Assembly: GCA_905178155.1 (NCBI GenBank)
Contig: CAJINV010000006.1
Span: 1,889,526-1,953,525 of the forward strand
DNA length: 64,000 nucleotides
Reading direction: 5' to 3'
Origin: Amoebophrya sp. A120
Taxonomy: Eukaryota; Protista; Dinoflagellata
The translations under genes were made by a program, and so were the position numbers. Every line of letters starts with the position of its first letter. Position 1 is the stretch's first letter. Of this stretch, positions 13,701 through 24,326 are shown one piece after another. The notes beneath the pieces are model-generated. The model had not been told where the DNA came from, ran no database searches, and worked only from the letters and a program-made list of their open reading frames with translations.

Positions 13701-16700
13701 TAGCAGCTTGTACGCCATATACAGCATCAGAAGCTGTTGATTCCTCGTAAAACGCATGACAAACTTCCATCGAGCACGACAAAGAAACTGGCCCATCGCA
13801 TTCCACCTGCATCACAATTTTTTCTCGCTGTCCTGCACATAGAAGCGCATGATAAATCGTCCAGGCCCAGATCGATAAGTTTGCATTGCATAGGTACAGC
13901 CGGGCGGACATGCTGGAAAGGGAGAAGAAAGAGAAGGAAGAGAGGCGCAGGAACGGAGTTACGGCGGACGATCTCAGGAGCGGGGGGCACAACTACAGGT
14001 AACGGTTTAGGGATAGTTAGTACACCGCTCCTAGTACAGACAGATCAACATTTAACATCGTTTCTATCTTTTTAGGTATTTTTGCATGACAGACACAGAC
14101 TACATTTGCTTTGTTGAGTCACGCATGACAAGCTAACCACACAAGAAATCGGGCCAAAATCAACCTCCGCTTCTTCGATTTATCACAGGCACGGCTCGGA
14201 CAAGTCGAAGCAGAAGTTTATTCTCAGCGAGAAGAAGCTCTTCGTATCGGAATTGTATAATTCGAAACTGCGAGCCGCGAAGGACTTTATCGCGCGCGAC
14301 AAGATCTTTGCCGGGCCGTGGAGGGTTACTTCGGACTCCAAAAAAATGAACAGTAGACGGTCTTTATCCAAGAGAAATTATAAAACTGCGTATAGTGTAA
14401 GTCTGTAATGCACACCAGCCATGGAACTACCACACAGTGAGTTGAGTTGATGTTACACTTCGTCAACATGCTAGCCGGCCAGGAGATCCTACCTCATGTG
14501 TCGTGTTTTCACTGATACTAGCTGTGCATGACAGGCTTTCTGTGTCATGTACTACAGCAGATGTGTCATGCTGTCACTCCACGACGAGACCTACACTAAT
14601 CCACAGCTGTTTCTCTCTTGGATAGGCTTCCGGTCCGGCGGTACCCCTATGGCGTTCTCAACTGTTACACTCTCAGCTGTTACATGAATTTGTCACGCAA
14701 GAATGGCAAAAGTGAAAGCGGGAAGGTTGCGCCTTTTGCATTACAGGTCTGGAGCAGATTATTATGCTATCTAGCGCGTCGAGAACTTGTCATGCGCAGA
14801 AGGCTTGAAATCGTGGAAAGTGATAGCGTTTTTGCATGACAAATTCATGTAACAGCTCAGAATGTAACGTTTGAGAACGCCATAACCCCACAGTAGCTCT
14901 TCGAGCGGCGGACTCGGGGGGAGGTTGGAATTCCATATGAATTGCAACAGTGTCCTCGTACTAGTCCTAGTGGTAATTGCATTACAAATTTTCTCAGCAT
15001 GAGGAAGGCAAATTGTCATGCTGATCTACCTTGAGAGAGAGATTCGTGATGCATAAATGCGAAGATTACTACGAGTGCGATGCCTTTGCATTGGATATTC
15101 CAAACGATGCAACAATTGATCGACGACGGCAATCCACGGTTCAGGGGCTGCGGAAAGTGGATGCCGAAGGTAGATGAAATTTATGCACAGAATTTTTTCG
15201 AGTTTTTTATGTTCTTGTACATCAAGAGCATGAGATGAATTTCATGCAATTATTCCCTGTTGATGAACTTGAACATGAAAGTAAAAACTCCAAATAAAAT
15301 AATCACAGTGTCTTACCGACGCTTTTCTAGAGATTCTGGACAAGCAGAAATCTTCGCAGATGTGTATCGAAAGGAAAAATTCCCCCTCCCCATATCGAAA
15401 GGGAAATCTGTGATGCTCGATTTGCGTACACAAATCAGATTTGTCTTGCTGGCGAGGACTGCTGGCCCATATCGAGCCTGCGAAGACAGGTGCTGGCCTA
15501 GGCGCTCAGCATGACAGACGTCTATGCTGCAGGAGCATGAGCATGACAAACCGCCTGCAGAATGCGGCGGAGCCGGTGGAATTGCCTTCATGCAACACAG
15601 AGACGATTTGTGGTCACAAATCAGCAACGCAAATTTTCGAAAACGTACCTTGTCAATATGGGGAGGGGGGATTTTTGTTTTTCCTTGTGATAATGTGTAT
15701 CCCTTGCTCAGACGTTAATACGAATCTCACCTGTTACAGAATAAAATATGGAATGAGAAATCTGTGGTGGAGGTGGTAGATAGAAGCGCATGATGGAAAT
15801 TTGATTCCTCGGCGAAATTTGTATTGCGAAAGCCGCAAGATATGGACCACTCTGCATGTTAATATTTCTCATGCTTTTCATGCAACACGTAGTTGTAGTA
15901 CACGACGAAACTCAGACATTATTTATTTACAATGTGAGATTGTAAAAACTGCTGAGCACGGTATATTGTGCTTCCAAAAGCCGGATTATCAGCGGTACAT
16001 GCAGGCCTTTGAGAAGTGCGAAATAGATATCAAGTGCAAATATGTCTGGGTCTGGAAGAATGCGAGGTTTGTCATGCTTCCCTGGCATGACTAAAAAGTT
16101 TATCATGCGTGTCGAAGATGAAACCCGTTTACTTGTCATGCACAAACCCAGTTTGTCATGCGGGATAGAAGCGCAATAGTAAGCAGCGCAGATCTTTCTC
16201 GTGCTTGGCTGTGCAACATTACAGAGCATTCACTCTTCCCAAACGAGCAGTACAAGTTTCCAGACCCAGATCGATATTTGCAATGCATAATCGACTTCGG
16301 GAGGCAATTTTACTGCGACAAATTTTACCCGCGGGAGTTGCGAGCGAAGCAACGGCTTTCTGCCTCGCAATCAGCCGCACAGTTGACGACTTCTACAGGC
16401 GTAGTGGATCAAGGCTTACCTCCTGGCGATCGTGCCCGAGCGGACCAGGTCGTGGCCGCATGCGCCTCCAGCAAGACGACGTCTACGACCTCGCTCGGAG
16501 AACGGTCCAAATCTCAACCCACGCTAACCACTTTTACGGAGTCTGATTTAAATCCACGAACCTCGTTTCCGGTGGAAGAAATGAACATCTTCAAAAACCG
16601 AGCCATGTACAACACGGCAGGTACTAAGTACAGCTTTTTTTTTTACTAGTCTTATGGTTGCGTCTACACGACCTGCTCACAAGCGGGGGAAAAATTTGTC

Positions 16701-19700
16701 CCCTCCCAAAATGCTTGAGGCACCAGCTGAGATAGATGAGAACAAAGGGAGCAGCTTTTGACCTGAAACGCCATAGATGTTGTCGGTGTCTCATGAACAA
16801 ACTGTCTCAAATGCATTCCACCAAAAAGCAAACAGTTGTGCTTTCCGACCTTTGATCCCCCTGGCACACTCTGCGGAAGCGCCGAGCGCTTCCGACTGTC
16901 TGGCCAAAGCCTCTTCGGCAGAGGAAATTAGGCAACTCGAGCCATAGAGCATGGCTCATCTCCAGTTGCACCTAATAAAGGGAAATCTGAAGCGGCGCTG
17001 AAAGTAGCGCCGAAGTCGACAGCCCCCTGAAGTGTCCTTTGCCGCCCCGCATTTACAACGACACAGGGGTGCCAAGCGACGCCTTCGGGGCCCGCTGTAG
17101 TTGGAACTTGGCACGCCGGCTTCTCGACATGAAACAGCAATATCGCCTGGTGCAACTCAATAAAAGTGCGACTTCTTGGTAGGGAAAAATTAAAAAACTT
17201 CAAATGTTGCTTGAGACTGTGACAGTTTTTTTGCAGGATATTCGAATCGAGCCATGTACAACAACACGACAGGTAAAACTTCTTCTACTTCGTCAAGCGG
17301 CGCCGGTGCTGAAAATTCTAAGAGCGATGACACCCCGAAGAAGAACGTCGGGGGCAACAGCGGTACTTCTAGTACAGCGAAAAATAATGCGCCCAATAAT
17401 ACGACCCCCGGTGCAGCAGCAGCGACTTCTTCCCAATCTGCGAATAGCGTCGCGGCACTATTACCCCGCGCCCTGATGAAGGAGATTCTGGACGAACCGC
17501 GTGACAAAGACGTGTTGGTCCTCACTAACGGGCGGGTGAACATTTCGCAGAGTAAGGTGATTTATGCATTGCAAATATGTCTGGGTCTGGAAACTTGTGA
17601 TGCTTAAATCATACTTGTGGGCGCACTGCAATACGCAGCCAAGCATGACAAATTTTTCTTGGGCTGCTATTGTCTTTCGTTTTCGGGGGCATGGCAAACT
17701 GCGTTTTTGCAAGACAGGCAGGAGGCCTGTTGCCTGCTCGTGCATCACAGATTCATGAGTCATGCCAGACAAGCATGACAAAGTCGCACTCTTCCAGACC
17801 CAGACATATTTGCATTTGATATGATTTGCCAGGAGCGGTTTTGCAAGCCGAGCGAGCGGGACATTCGGCGGGCTATGCATTGCAAAAGTACAATTGCAAC
17901 CGTGCATTACAAATGTTTTTCTCAAGGTAAATCCGCATTACAAATTCGATTTTCCATGCTGAGGGAGTTTGTAATGCAATAATACTTACAGGCACTACTG
18001 GTACTTTTACAATGCATACGGGCCACGCAGGAGCAGTTTTCGGATGTTCATTTCTACGACGAGGGGCTTCCGGAATCGACGTTATCTTTTCCGTCAACCT
18101 CTTCCTCCGATCAGAACGTACCGTCCGGAGGGGGCGGCGGCCCGGTGGGGGGTGGAGGTGCTAAAATGAAAATGAAGAATGGTCCACCTCCCGGGGGGAA
18201 CACCAAAGGCACAGGCGGCGGGGGCCGCGCGGACCATGATCATCCTCCTGCGGGGCGTAGCAGCAATAAGACGTCGGGTAACAACTACAACAATCACAAT
18301 ACCGGTGGGACAAGCAACAACAAGCGTAATAACAATAGCGACAAGAACTACTTCTACGACAACATGACCAACAGCAACAAGATATCCCACAGAAAAAAGG
18401 AGGCAGGGCAGATTTGTAACGCAAAAATAAATACGCAGAAAAATCTGTCGTGGGCAACCCCATAGCATGCTGTTTAGGACATGCAAGACAGATTGTTTTG
18501 TCTATTTATTTTTGCATTACAAATCTGACCTGCTTGCTTTTTTCTGTGTGATACAAGAAACAGGGCAGCACGTTTGAAGTGCTCTCGGCGAAGAAGATGC
18601 GAACGAACCACGGCGCGCAACTGCGGGAAAATTTTATCAACTGCAAAAATGTCTGGGTCTGATGAAAGAAATCAGATGTTTGTCATGCAGCTTTTGCATC
18701 TGCTTCTGCGCGGAGGTCTGGAATACGCGCAAAGCATGAGAAATTCTTGGGAGGCTTCTTCATGCCTAGCCCGCATGAGAAATGTCCCCTCGCCCAGACA
18801 AAAACCAGCTATATTTTGCTGACCATGCAAGACAGATTTTTACCTGTTTCGGAACTCGCATGACAAGTTTGGATCCTTCCAGATCCAGACATTTTTGCAT
18901 TTGATAAATTTGCAGAAAATGCAAAAAGCCCGAGCTGGTGCTGAAGATCGGGATCACAGGGAGCGGCCTGCGCAGAACAAAGATCAAGACCGAGACAATT
19001 ATCAGAAGCTAGTACCCACCAGTAGAGCAGACAAAAATAGCAGTATTCTGGCCATCTACGGAGGTGGTGGTGCGAACAACGGTGCAGGAGCTACTGCGAG
19101 TACTAAAAATAGCGGGAAGCTGAAGCGGTCTTCGCAGCAGTTTTTTTACGTGGATCACGATTACAACAGTGACCGCCTGAAAGTGAATAACACCCGGCGG
19201 ACTCTATCATCTGCAAAAACATCGACAGACTCGTACTAGTAGAAAAATCGCATGACAAATTTCCTATAGCATTTTTACAAATAAAATCTGTGTTGCGGAT
19301 TTACTGCCTCAGGAAGAAAATTTGTAATGCATATACTGCGATCATTACACAAACACAACTACGAGTGCGATAGTTCTTTTGCACGGGATAGACCCCGCCG
19401 CCGAGTAGCAAAAATGTAAATGGTTCTTCGTTGTACAACAAGAATGATAAACGGCCAGTGCAGGAGGAGAATGACAGCGACCAATATCATCTTTGTCAAC
19501 GGGAAAAAACAAACAAAATTGTGACGGATAGCCGGGATCTCGACCTTCGCCGGAAGAACAACGACCTTGCCGCCTGTAAAAAGTTTGTGCAGGAACAGGA
19601 GGGTAAAAATACAGCCGGGACGAAGACGAGCACCCGGGGAGGAGGTACTGGTACGAACAACAAGAGAACGACCCAGAACGGAAATGTAAATAACGGAAAC

Positions 19701-21234
19701 GGGACGTCGAGCGTTGTTTCCGGAGGTGGGAGTACTTCTAGCAGCCACAACCGAGGACGGAGTTCGGGGCCAGTGAATTGTATTAAAGATAGAGCTGCAC
19801 CACGAGCAGGACCTGGTGGTCGTGCCGCCGGTGGCTGCACCACTAGGAACAACCACAACTACGGCAACAATCGCAACCGCGGAGCTGGCGCACAACATCT
19901 ATGCATTGCAAAAGTTGTATCGTACTCGTATAAATGCATTACAGAGAAAGACGAAAGTGATTTTATTGAAGACCGCTGTTGCGGGCATAAACGGCAAGCT
20001 TTTTCAAAAAGCTGGCATTTCAAGGAAGAAGATCTTTTTTACTGAATTTCACACAAGCACGGCCTGACTTTCAATTTGGATGTAGACAAAATGCAAATTT
20101 TCCATGCGTAAGCAAAAAAGATCTTCTCGAATGGCGTTCAAGTGGTAAACTTCTCATGCTGTTTCTGTGAAAAAAGACTCTTATTTGCGATGGCGACATT
20201 TTGTTTTTGATGCAACCAGCGACACTGCTGCAAGGCCGCATACTTAAGTAGGTCTTACGGAATTTTCGTAAGGTTTAGGTCGACGCTTAAGGCCCCAAGA
20301 TAGTAACGTTACGCAGATAGAAAGGAAAAAAGCAAGAAAGAAAAAAGAAAGCAAGCGACACCGGCGACACGAGCACCCTTAGTACGTGTGAAGCGTGTCC
20401 ATCTTCGTTGTAATTACAAATTTCCTCAGCGTGAGAAATAAAATTTGTAATGCTGATTTGCCTCACCACGATGATTCGTAATGCATGACTGCAATACGAG
20501 TACGATACTTTTGCACAGGATGACATCGAGGCAGAAGCGAAAGTTCGGACCGGGTCGTAGTTGATCATGTGCGGCGTGACACAAAGCCGCCGCTCCGCGG
20601 GCGGGGCAATAATAATAAACATCCGGCGGGTGGTGCTGGTGCAGGGCGGAATGGCAACAAGAACACCGGAGAGTACAAGTCGAATTGTAACTGGAGTCGG
20701 AAGGCGGACGTGACGCCGCCATATGGATGTGTCAGAGTTGAAATCGACAAAGTTGAAATAATTTGCCATGCATAAAATGGATGCCAGTTGGAACCCAGTT
20801 GCCAATTGGCGCATGACAAATTTCGGCTGTCCCTAAATCCAGTTTGTCATGCTGTTTAGGCAAAGAAGAGCGATTTTCTCATGCTACTTTAGCAGCTCGA
20901 GCTGTAACCCCAAACAGGCTCACAATTGGCCTCACTTGCCTGCTCTGCAACACACGTACCTCGGGTCATGCATTTTATGCATTACAAATTATTTCATTTT
21001 CAATTTTGACGATTTCAAACCTGACGCTTCCATACGCCACGGTACAATGATAATCGGAACAAAAAGAACAGTACGAACAACAATAACTCATCTCGCGGGA
21101 GGAACAACAACAACAAAACTGCGGGTGGCACAACTGGTGGAGGTGCGACGTCGAGCAGAAACAATGGCACTGGTGTGAATAGAAACAACACGAGGCGGGC
21201 ACGCAGCAGAAGCCCGCCGAGGGGGAGGAGTTGA
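7745..21234 (+). CDS. Casein kinase 1 group (CK1/TTBK-like) Ser/Thr protein kinase with large low-complexity inserts; 28 introner introns plus about 5 GT-AG introns; start codon not resolved
   Basis: Spliced translation gives LGAGAFAELYLVFDTENSRNLAAKCE (subdomains I-II), LHKEAVF (III), CIPRFYGF, LLEVMGRDL, HRDIKPQNCMLG, LVDFGLA, FRGTAAYGSISALEGYEQTRWDDIEGAFWVMFDLLLGGLSW and KPDY, all CK1-family signatures; stop TGA at 21232-21234. Confidence 0.85.
7755..7903. mobile_element. Introner family B
   Basis: TATGAACTGCAAAAGTATCGTA / TACGATACTTTTGCACAGGATA; TSD AAGGA. Confidence 0.9.
7953..8223. mobile_element. Introner family A, ends ACA
   Basis: A-type TIR; TSD CCGAT. Confidence 0.85.
8288..8422. 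mobile_element. Introner family B
   Basis: B-type TIR; TSD TCGAT/TTGAC; kinase frame restored. Confidence 0.8.
8489..8675 (+). other. Canonical GT-AG intron in the kinase gene
   Basis: G|GTAG...AACAG|AA joins SRQN-E-SDRRR in frame. Confidence 0.7.
8839..9092. mobile_element. Introner family A
   Basis: A-type TIR; TSD AAGGA/ACGGA. Confidence 0.9.
9241..9459. mobile_element. Introner family F, opposite orientation to the 1498 copy
   Basis: TATGACGGTGCACAACTCCCC / GGGGAGTTGTGCACTGTCATA; TSD ATCTT. Confidence 0.9.
10272..10598. mobile_element. Introner family E, ends ATG
   Basis: GGAAAAATCCCCCTCCCCATAT / ATATGGGGAGGGGGGATTTTTCC; TSD AACCA. Confidence 0.9.
10910..11063. mobile_element. Introner family B
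   Basis: B-type TIR; TSD CTTCG. Confidence 0.9.
11223..11378. mobile_element. Introner family B
   Basis: B-type TIR; TSD ATCCC. Confidence 0.9.
11618..11781. mobile_element. Introner family B
   Basis: B-type TIR; TSD CAGGA. Confidence 0.85.
11830..12039. mobile_element. Introner family C
   Basis: C-type TIR; TSD CCAGC/TCAGC. Confidence 0.9.
12118..12390. mobile_element. Introner family A
   Basis: A-type TIR; TSD GAAAG. Confidence 0.9.
12541..12752. mobile_element. Introner, C-related family
   Basis: TATCG..GAAAAAAGTGTTACAGTTACAC / GTGTAACTGTAACACTTTTTTC..CGATA; TSD GAGAG. Confidence 0.9.
12896..13046. mobile_element. Introner family B
   Basis: B-type TIR; TSD CTTCC/CTCCC. Confidence 0.9.
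13144..13388. mobile_element. Introner family A
   Basis: A-type TIR; TSD GCAGA; splits the kinase motif GYEQ|TRWDD. Confidence 0.9.
13427..13581. mobile_element. Introner family B
   Basis: B-type TIR; TSD TTGGG. Confidence 0.9.
13631..13892. mobile_element. Introner, diverged A-related
   Basis: TATCAAATGCAAAC..GATCTGGGTCTGG / CCAGGCCCAGATC..GTTTGCATTGCATA; TSD GGTAC. Confidence 0.85.
13999..14188 (+). other. Canonical GT-AG intron containing GCATGACA motifs
   Basis: TACAG|GTAAC...TCACAG|GCAC keeps the frame (HNY-R-HGSDK). Confidence 0.7.
14365..14624. mobile_element. Introner family C, diverged
   Basis: TATCCAAGAGA / TCTCTTGGATA; TSD GTCTT/GGCTT. Confidence 0.85.
14648..14884. mobile_element. 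Introner family I (long TIR)
   Basis: TATGGCGTTCTCAACTGTTACACTCTCAGCTGTTACATGAATTTGTCA and its inverse; TSD ACCCC. Confidence 0.9.
14936..15097. mobile_element. Introner family B
   Basis: B-type TIR; TSD TTCCA. Confidence 0.85.
15170..15308 (+). other. Canonical GT-AG intron
   Basis: AAG|GTAG...CACAG|TGT gives WMPK-CLTDAFLEILDK. Confidence 0.6.
15365..15692. mobile_element. Introner family E
   Basis: E-type TIR; TSD ATGTG. Confidence 0.9.
16028..16289. mobile_element. Introner family A
   Basis: A-type TIR; TSD ATAGA/ATCGA. Confidence 0.9.
16621..17236 (+). other. Canonical GT-AG intron
   Basis: GCAG|GTACT...TTTTTTTGCAG|GATA in frame. Confidence 0.65.
17563..17821. mobile_element. Introner family A
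   Basis: A-type TIR; TSD TGATT. Confidence 0.9.
17874..18018. mobile_element. Introner family B
   Basis: B-type TIR; TSD CGGGC. Confidence 0.9.
18383..18553. mobile_element. Introner family L (about 50-bp TIR)
   Basis: TATCCCACAGAAAAAAGGAGGCAGGGCAGATTTGTAACGCAAAAATAAATA and its near-inverse; TSD CAAGA. Confidence 0.9.
18635..18906. mobile_element. Introner family A
   Basis: A-type TIR; TSD AATTT. Confidence 0.9.
19205..19390. mobile_element. Introner family B, diverged
   Basis: B-like TIR; TSD GACTC/GACCC. Confidence 0.85.
19900..20522. mobile_element. Introner family B carrying a ~470-bp internal insert
   Basis: B left end 19900-19943, remainder of B 20413-20522; TSD ACATC; frame restored. 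Confidence 0.85.
20722..21034. mobile_element. Introner family G
   Basis: TATGGATGTGTCAGAGTTGAAATCGACAAA / TTTGACGATTTCAAACCTGACGCTTCCATA; TSD CGCCA. Confidence 0.9.
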
Positions 21235-22553
21235 GGACTGTTTTCCAGATTGATTTTTGCTTTCTAGTATTTACGTTTGTCAAAGGAGCTAAATGCGGTT
21301 TTTCCAATAAGTGCGTGTCTGCTCTTGCCGATATTGGTACGCAAGGTTGCACAACAAGAAGGAAGCTAAGCAACCCGGAGTCGATGCTTACAACTAAACA
21401 GTTTTGAATTTAGGAAAAACTGGCAGACAAGAATCGTCAACCTCAACCTAGTATACTGTTAAGTACTTTCTATCGTAGACAGTCTCGTCGTAGAGTTTTT
21501 TGCCCTCTGAGCTGCAAATGCAATCAAAAAAGTTTATAAAACGACAAAACCTCTTTTGTATGTCATTATTGCATTGGTTTATTGTTGGATAAAAGTTATC
21601 GAATGAGAATCTGAAATAGTAAACGAATAACATTCAATCTCAAAGCGATAAGATTTGACAAAAAGAAATTAGTAGAATTGTGAAAAAAAATATTAGAAGA
21701 ATTCCTCCTAGAAATTATAGGCGACACTAGATAGAAAATGATTTTTTCAACACTTAGACTTTTTAAACTACGACGACTAAAAACCACCCCCGAAAATCTT
21801 CCACTTCTGAGGTTACAGCCTTCAGCTGACCAAGTTTTGTCCTTCCCTGAGAAGTGGTCACGATCATATTATACAACCTAATTCGTTATCAATCTATCTC
21901 ATGCAATCAGAATCAGGTGCGCCATATAGCACAAACTACTCAACGACAGCAGACTAAATTTATGGAGAGATGCGTAACTACCACTGCTCTCATCAACGTA
22001 CGTACCGCGATTTTTTTGCCGAAGAAGAAATTTGTAGAGTTAGCCGTTTACAAGACGCGCCAATGACAAAATTTTATGCCACGTCTTATACTGGCGGCCT
22101 CCCTGATGAAATTTCTAGACCTCTTTTCGTCACTCCGACTTCGTATCTTAAGTTTGTTCTGGAAAAGCGTCGCCCATCAGGGCTGATGTGGGTGCGGCCT
22201 GCAGGAGGCTTGCGCCATCTTGTGGAAGAACCTGCGGGGCCAGTAAAAGAAGTAGAAGTGCTCCTGCTGATGTTCTTCTTCTCTGGTCAGAAGAACAGGG
22301 ACTGCGCATCGTCACCAGCTCAACATACACATTGTCGCTCCACCAGAGAAGCAGGAACACGAGCGAGCTTCCCTTCAAGCACAAGTTTTGACAAAATTAA
22401 CGGTGCTTGGTAAAAACAAGAACGTTGATGCGCTCACAACTCTACTCGGTCTTTTTACACACGATAGTTTGTTATTTGCAGTCACTGAGCACTTGCTCCG
22501 CTTCATTCTCATCCATCTTCCTCCTCGTTTTCGCTGGATTCAAAGAAACAAAA

Positions 22554-24052
22554 ATGGCCTTTCGCTTCCGTCGTGAGGGGAACTACACGAAGCACCGCAA
22601 GCACATGGAGAACATGGGCTTGCAGCTATCCTGTGCAAGAAAAGCATCGTACTCGTACGAGGAATCACAGTCATGCAAGACAAATCTCTTTTTCAAGCTA
22701 AGTCAGCATGACAGATTTCATTTCTCATGCTGAGCTAATTTGTATTGCAATACTACGAGTAGTACGATGCTTTTGCAAGAATGCATAACAGCCCTGGCTG
22801 GATGATTTCCGTTGGCGCGTGTGCAATTTTCAGTACCACTGGTACCTTGGACCAAAAGCGCACCAGGCGATCGAAGAAAATGCAATCGGACAAAGGGAAA
22901 TTCCGTATTTGCAAAACATTCCGAGTCGAGAACAACATGTTGCAACAACTACAGGAGCGCGAAACACAGCAGCAGGTCAAGGTCTGGTCCATCACGTTGC
23001 GAGAGGACAGCACAACCGGAGCGCCCCATTTCGTACCTTCCTCCCGAACATCGTGCCGCAGCGCAAGCTATCAAATGCAAATATCCCTGGACGTCTGGAA
23101 GATTCCGAGATGTGTCATGCAGTTTTTCCAAGCTCCGCCAAGTCTGGAATGCAGGCCCTAGGATCACAGCTTCTTCATCTTCCCCTTGGTGATCCCTATT
23201 CTGCATGAGAAATTTCCAATGAGTCGGCATGACCAGAAGTGGGCAACTTTTGCAACTCATGCAACACAGATTTTTGTAGCGATGCAGTGGTCCGCAACAT
23301 GCATCACAGATTCGCACCCTTCTAGACCCAGACATATGCGCAATGCATACAAGCAGAGCAACCCCTTTTGCCTGTCGTCGCACAACAGCACCGGTTATCA
23401 ACTGCAAAAATGTCTGGGTCTGGAAGAATGCCAGACTTGTCATGCAGGTTTTCCATGACCCATGAGGTCTGGCATGATCATGAAGGACATAGCATGACAG
23501 ATTCTGTGAGAGTTCTAGCATGCCTATCGTCCTGCGTGAGAAACTGCCACTCGATTAGGCCAAAAGTGGACAGCTTTTGGTAATCATGCAACACAGATTT
23601 TTACATGATTCAGATTTAGCATGACAAGTTGTTTTGTTCCAGACCCAGACATTTTTACATTTGATACCGGTTGGGTGGAAGCACGGGGCAGGACGGAGTT
23701 ACTTACCGAAACGAAGCCGCGAACGAAGCACCAGGTGTCCGGTATGGATTGCAAAAATGTCTGGGTCTGGAAGATTGCAACTTGTGATGCTATTTTTGGA
23801 ATCTAAAAAAATCTGTATTGCATGAGCAGCAAGTAGAGGCGTCCAGTTTTAGCTCCGCGTAGAGGGCATTTCTCATGCGGGATAGGCATCAAGATGCCTG
23901 CAAAAAATTTGTGATGCTGGGGCATACACCACAGAGATCACGGGTCATGCAAAATGTCCATGACAAACCTTGCATTCTTCCCGACCCAGACATTTTTGCA
24001 CTTGATATCCGGAACCGATGACCGCATTCCGGAGATGCCGAAGTTCAGGTGA
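22554..24052 (+). CDS. Hypothetical 166-aa protein (exons 22554-22626, 22793-23068, 23355-23395, 23672-23742, 24013-24052)
   Basis: Exons sum to 501 nt: MAFRFRREGNYTKHRKHMENMGLQPWLDDFRWRVCNFQYHWYLGPK...SGTDDRIPEMPKFR*; the last three junctions are confirmed by the intronless copy at 24582. Confidence 0.85.
22627..22787. mobile_element. Introner family B
   Basis: B-type TIR; TSD GCAGC/ACAGC. Confidence 0.9.
23069..23349. mobile_element. Introner family A
   Basis: TSD CAAGC; empty site near 24610. Confidence 0.95.
23396..23666. mobile_element. Introner family A
   Basis: TSD CCGGT; empty site near 24651. Confidence 0.95.
23743..24007. mobile_element. Introner family A
   Basis: TSD TCCGG; empty site near 24722. 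Confidence 0.95.
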
Positions 24053-24112
24053 AGGATGGTGAGCAAGAACACGAGTACGACCTCCGGGGTTGCATTTTCC
24101 ATATATGTCCTG

Positions 24113-24326
24113 CTCACACGAACAGTCAGTCACACGAACAGTGTGTCAGATAGATACTCACAGTCAGTCACACGAACAGTGTGTCTGACAGTCAGTCAGA
24201 ACAGTGTGTCAGATACAGAACAGTGTGTCTGACAGTCAGATAGATACTCACAGAACAGTGTGTCAGACAGTCAGTCACACGAACAGTCAATAGATAGATA
24301 CTCACAGCCACACGAACAGTGTGTCA
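24113..24326. repeat. Modular low-complexity repeat built from shuffled words (CACACGAACAG, TCAG, TGTGTCAGA, TAGATACTCA)
   Basis: Direct reading of the sequence. Confidence 0.85.
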
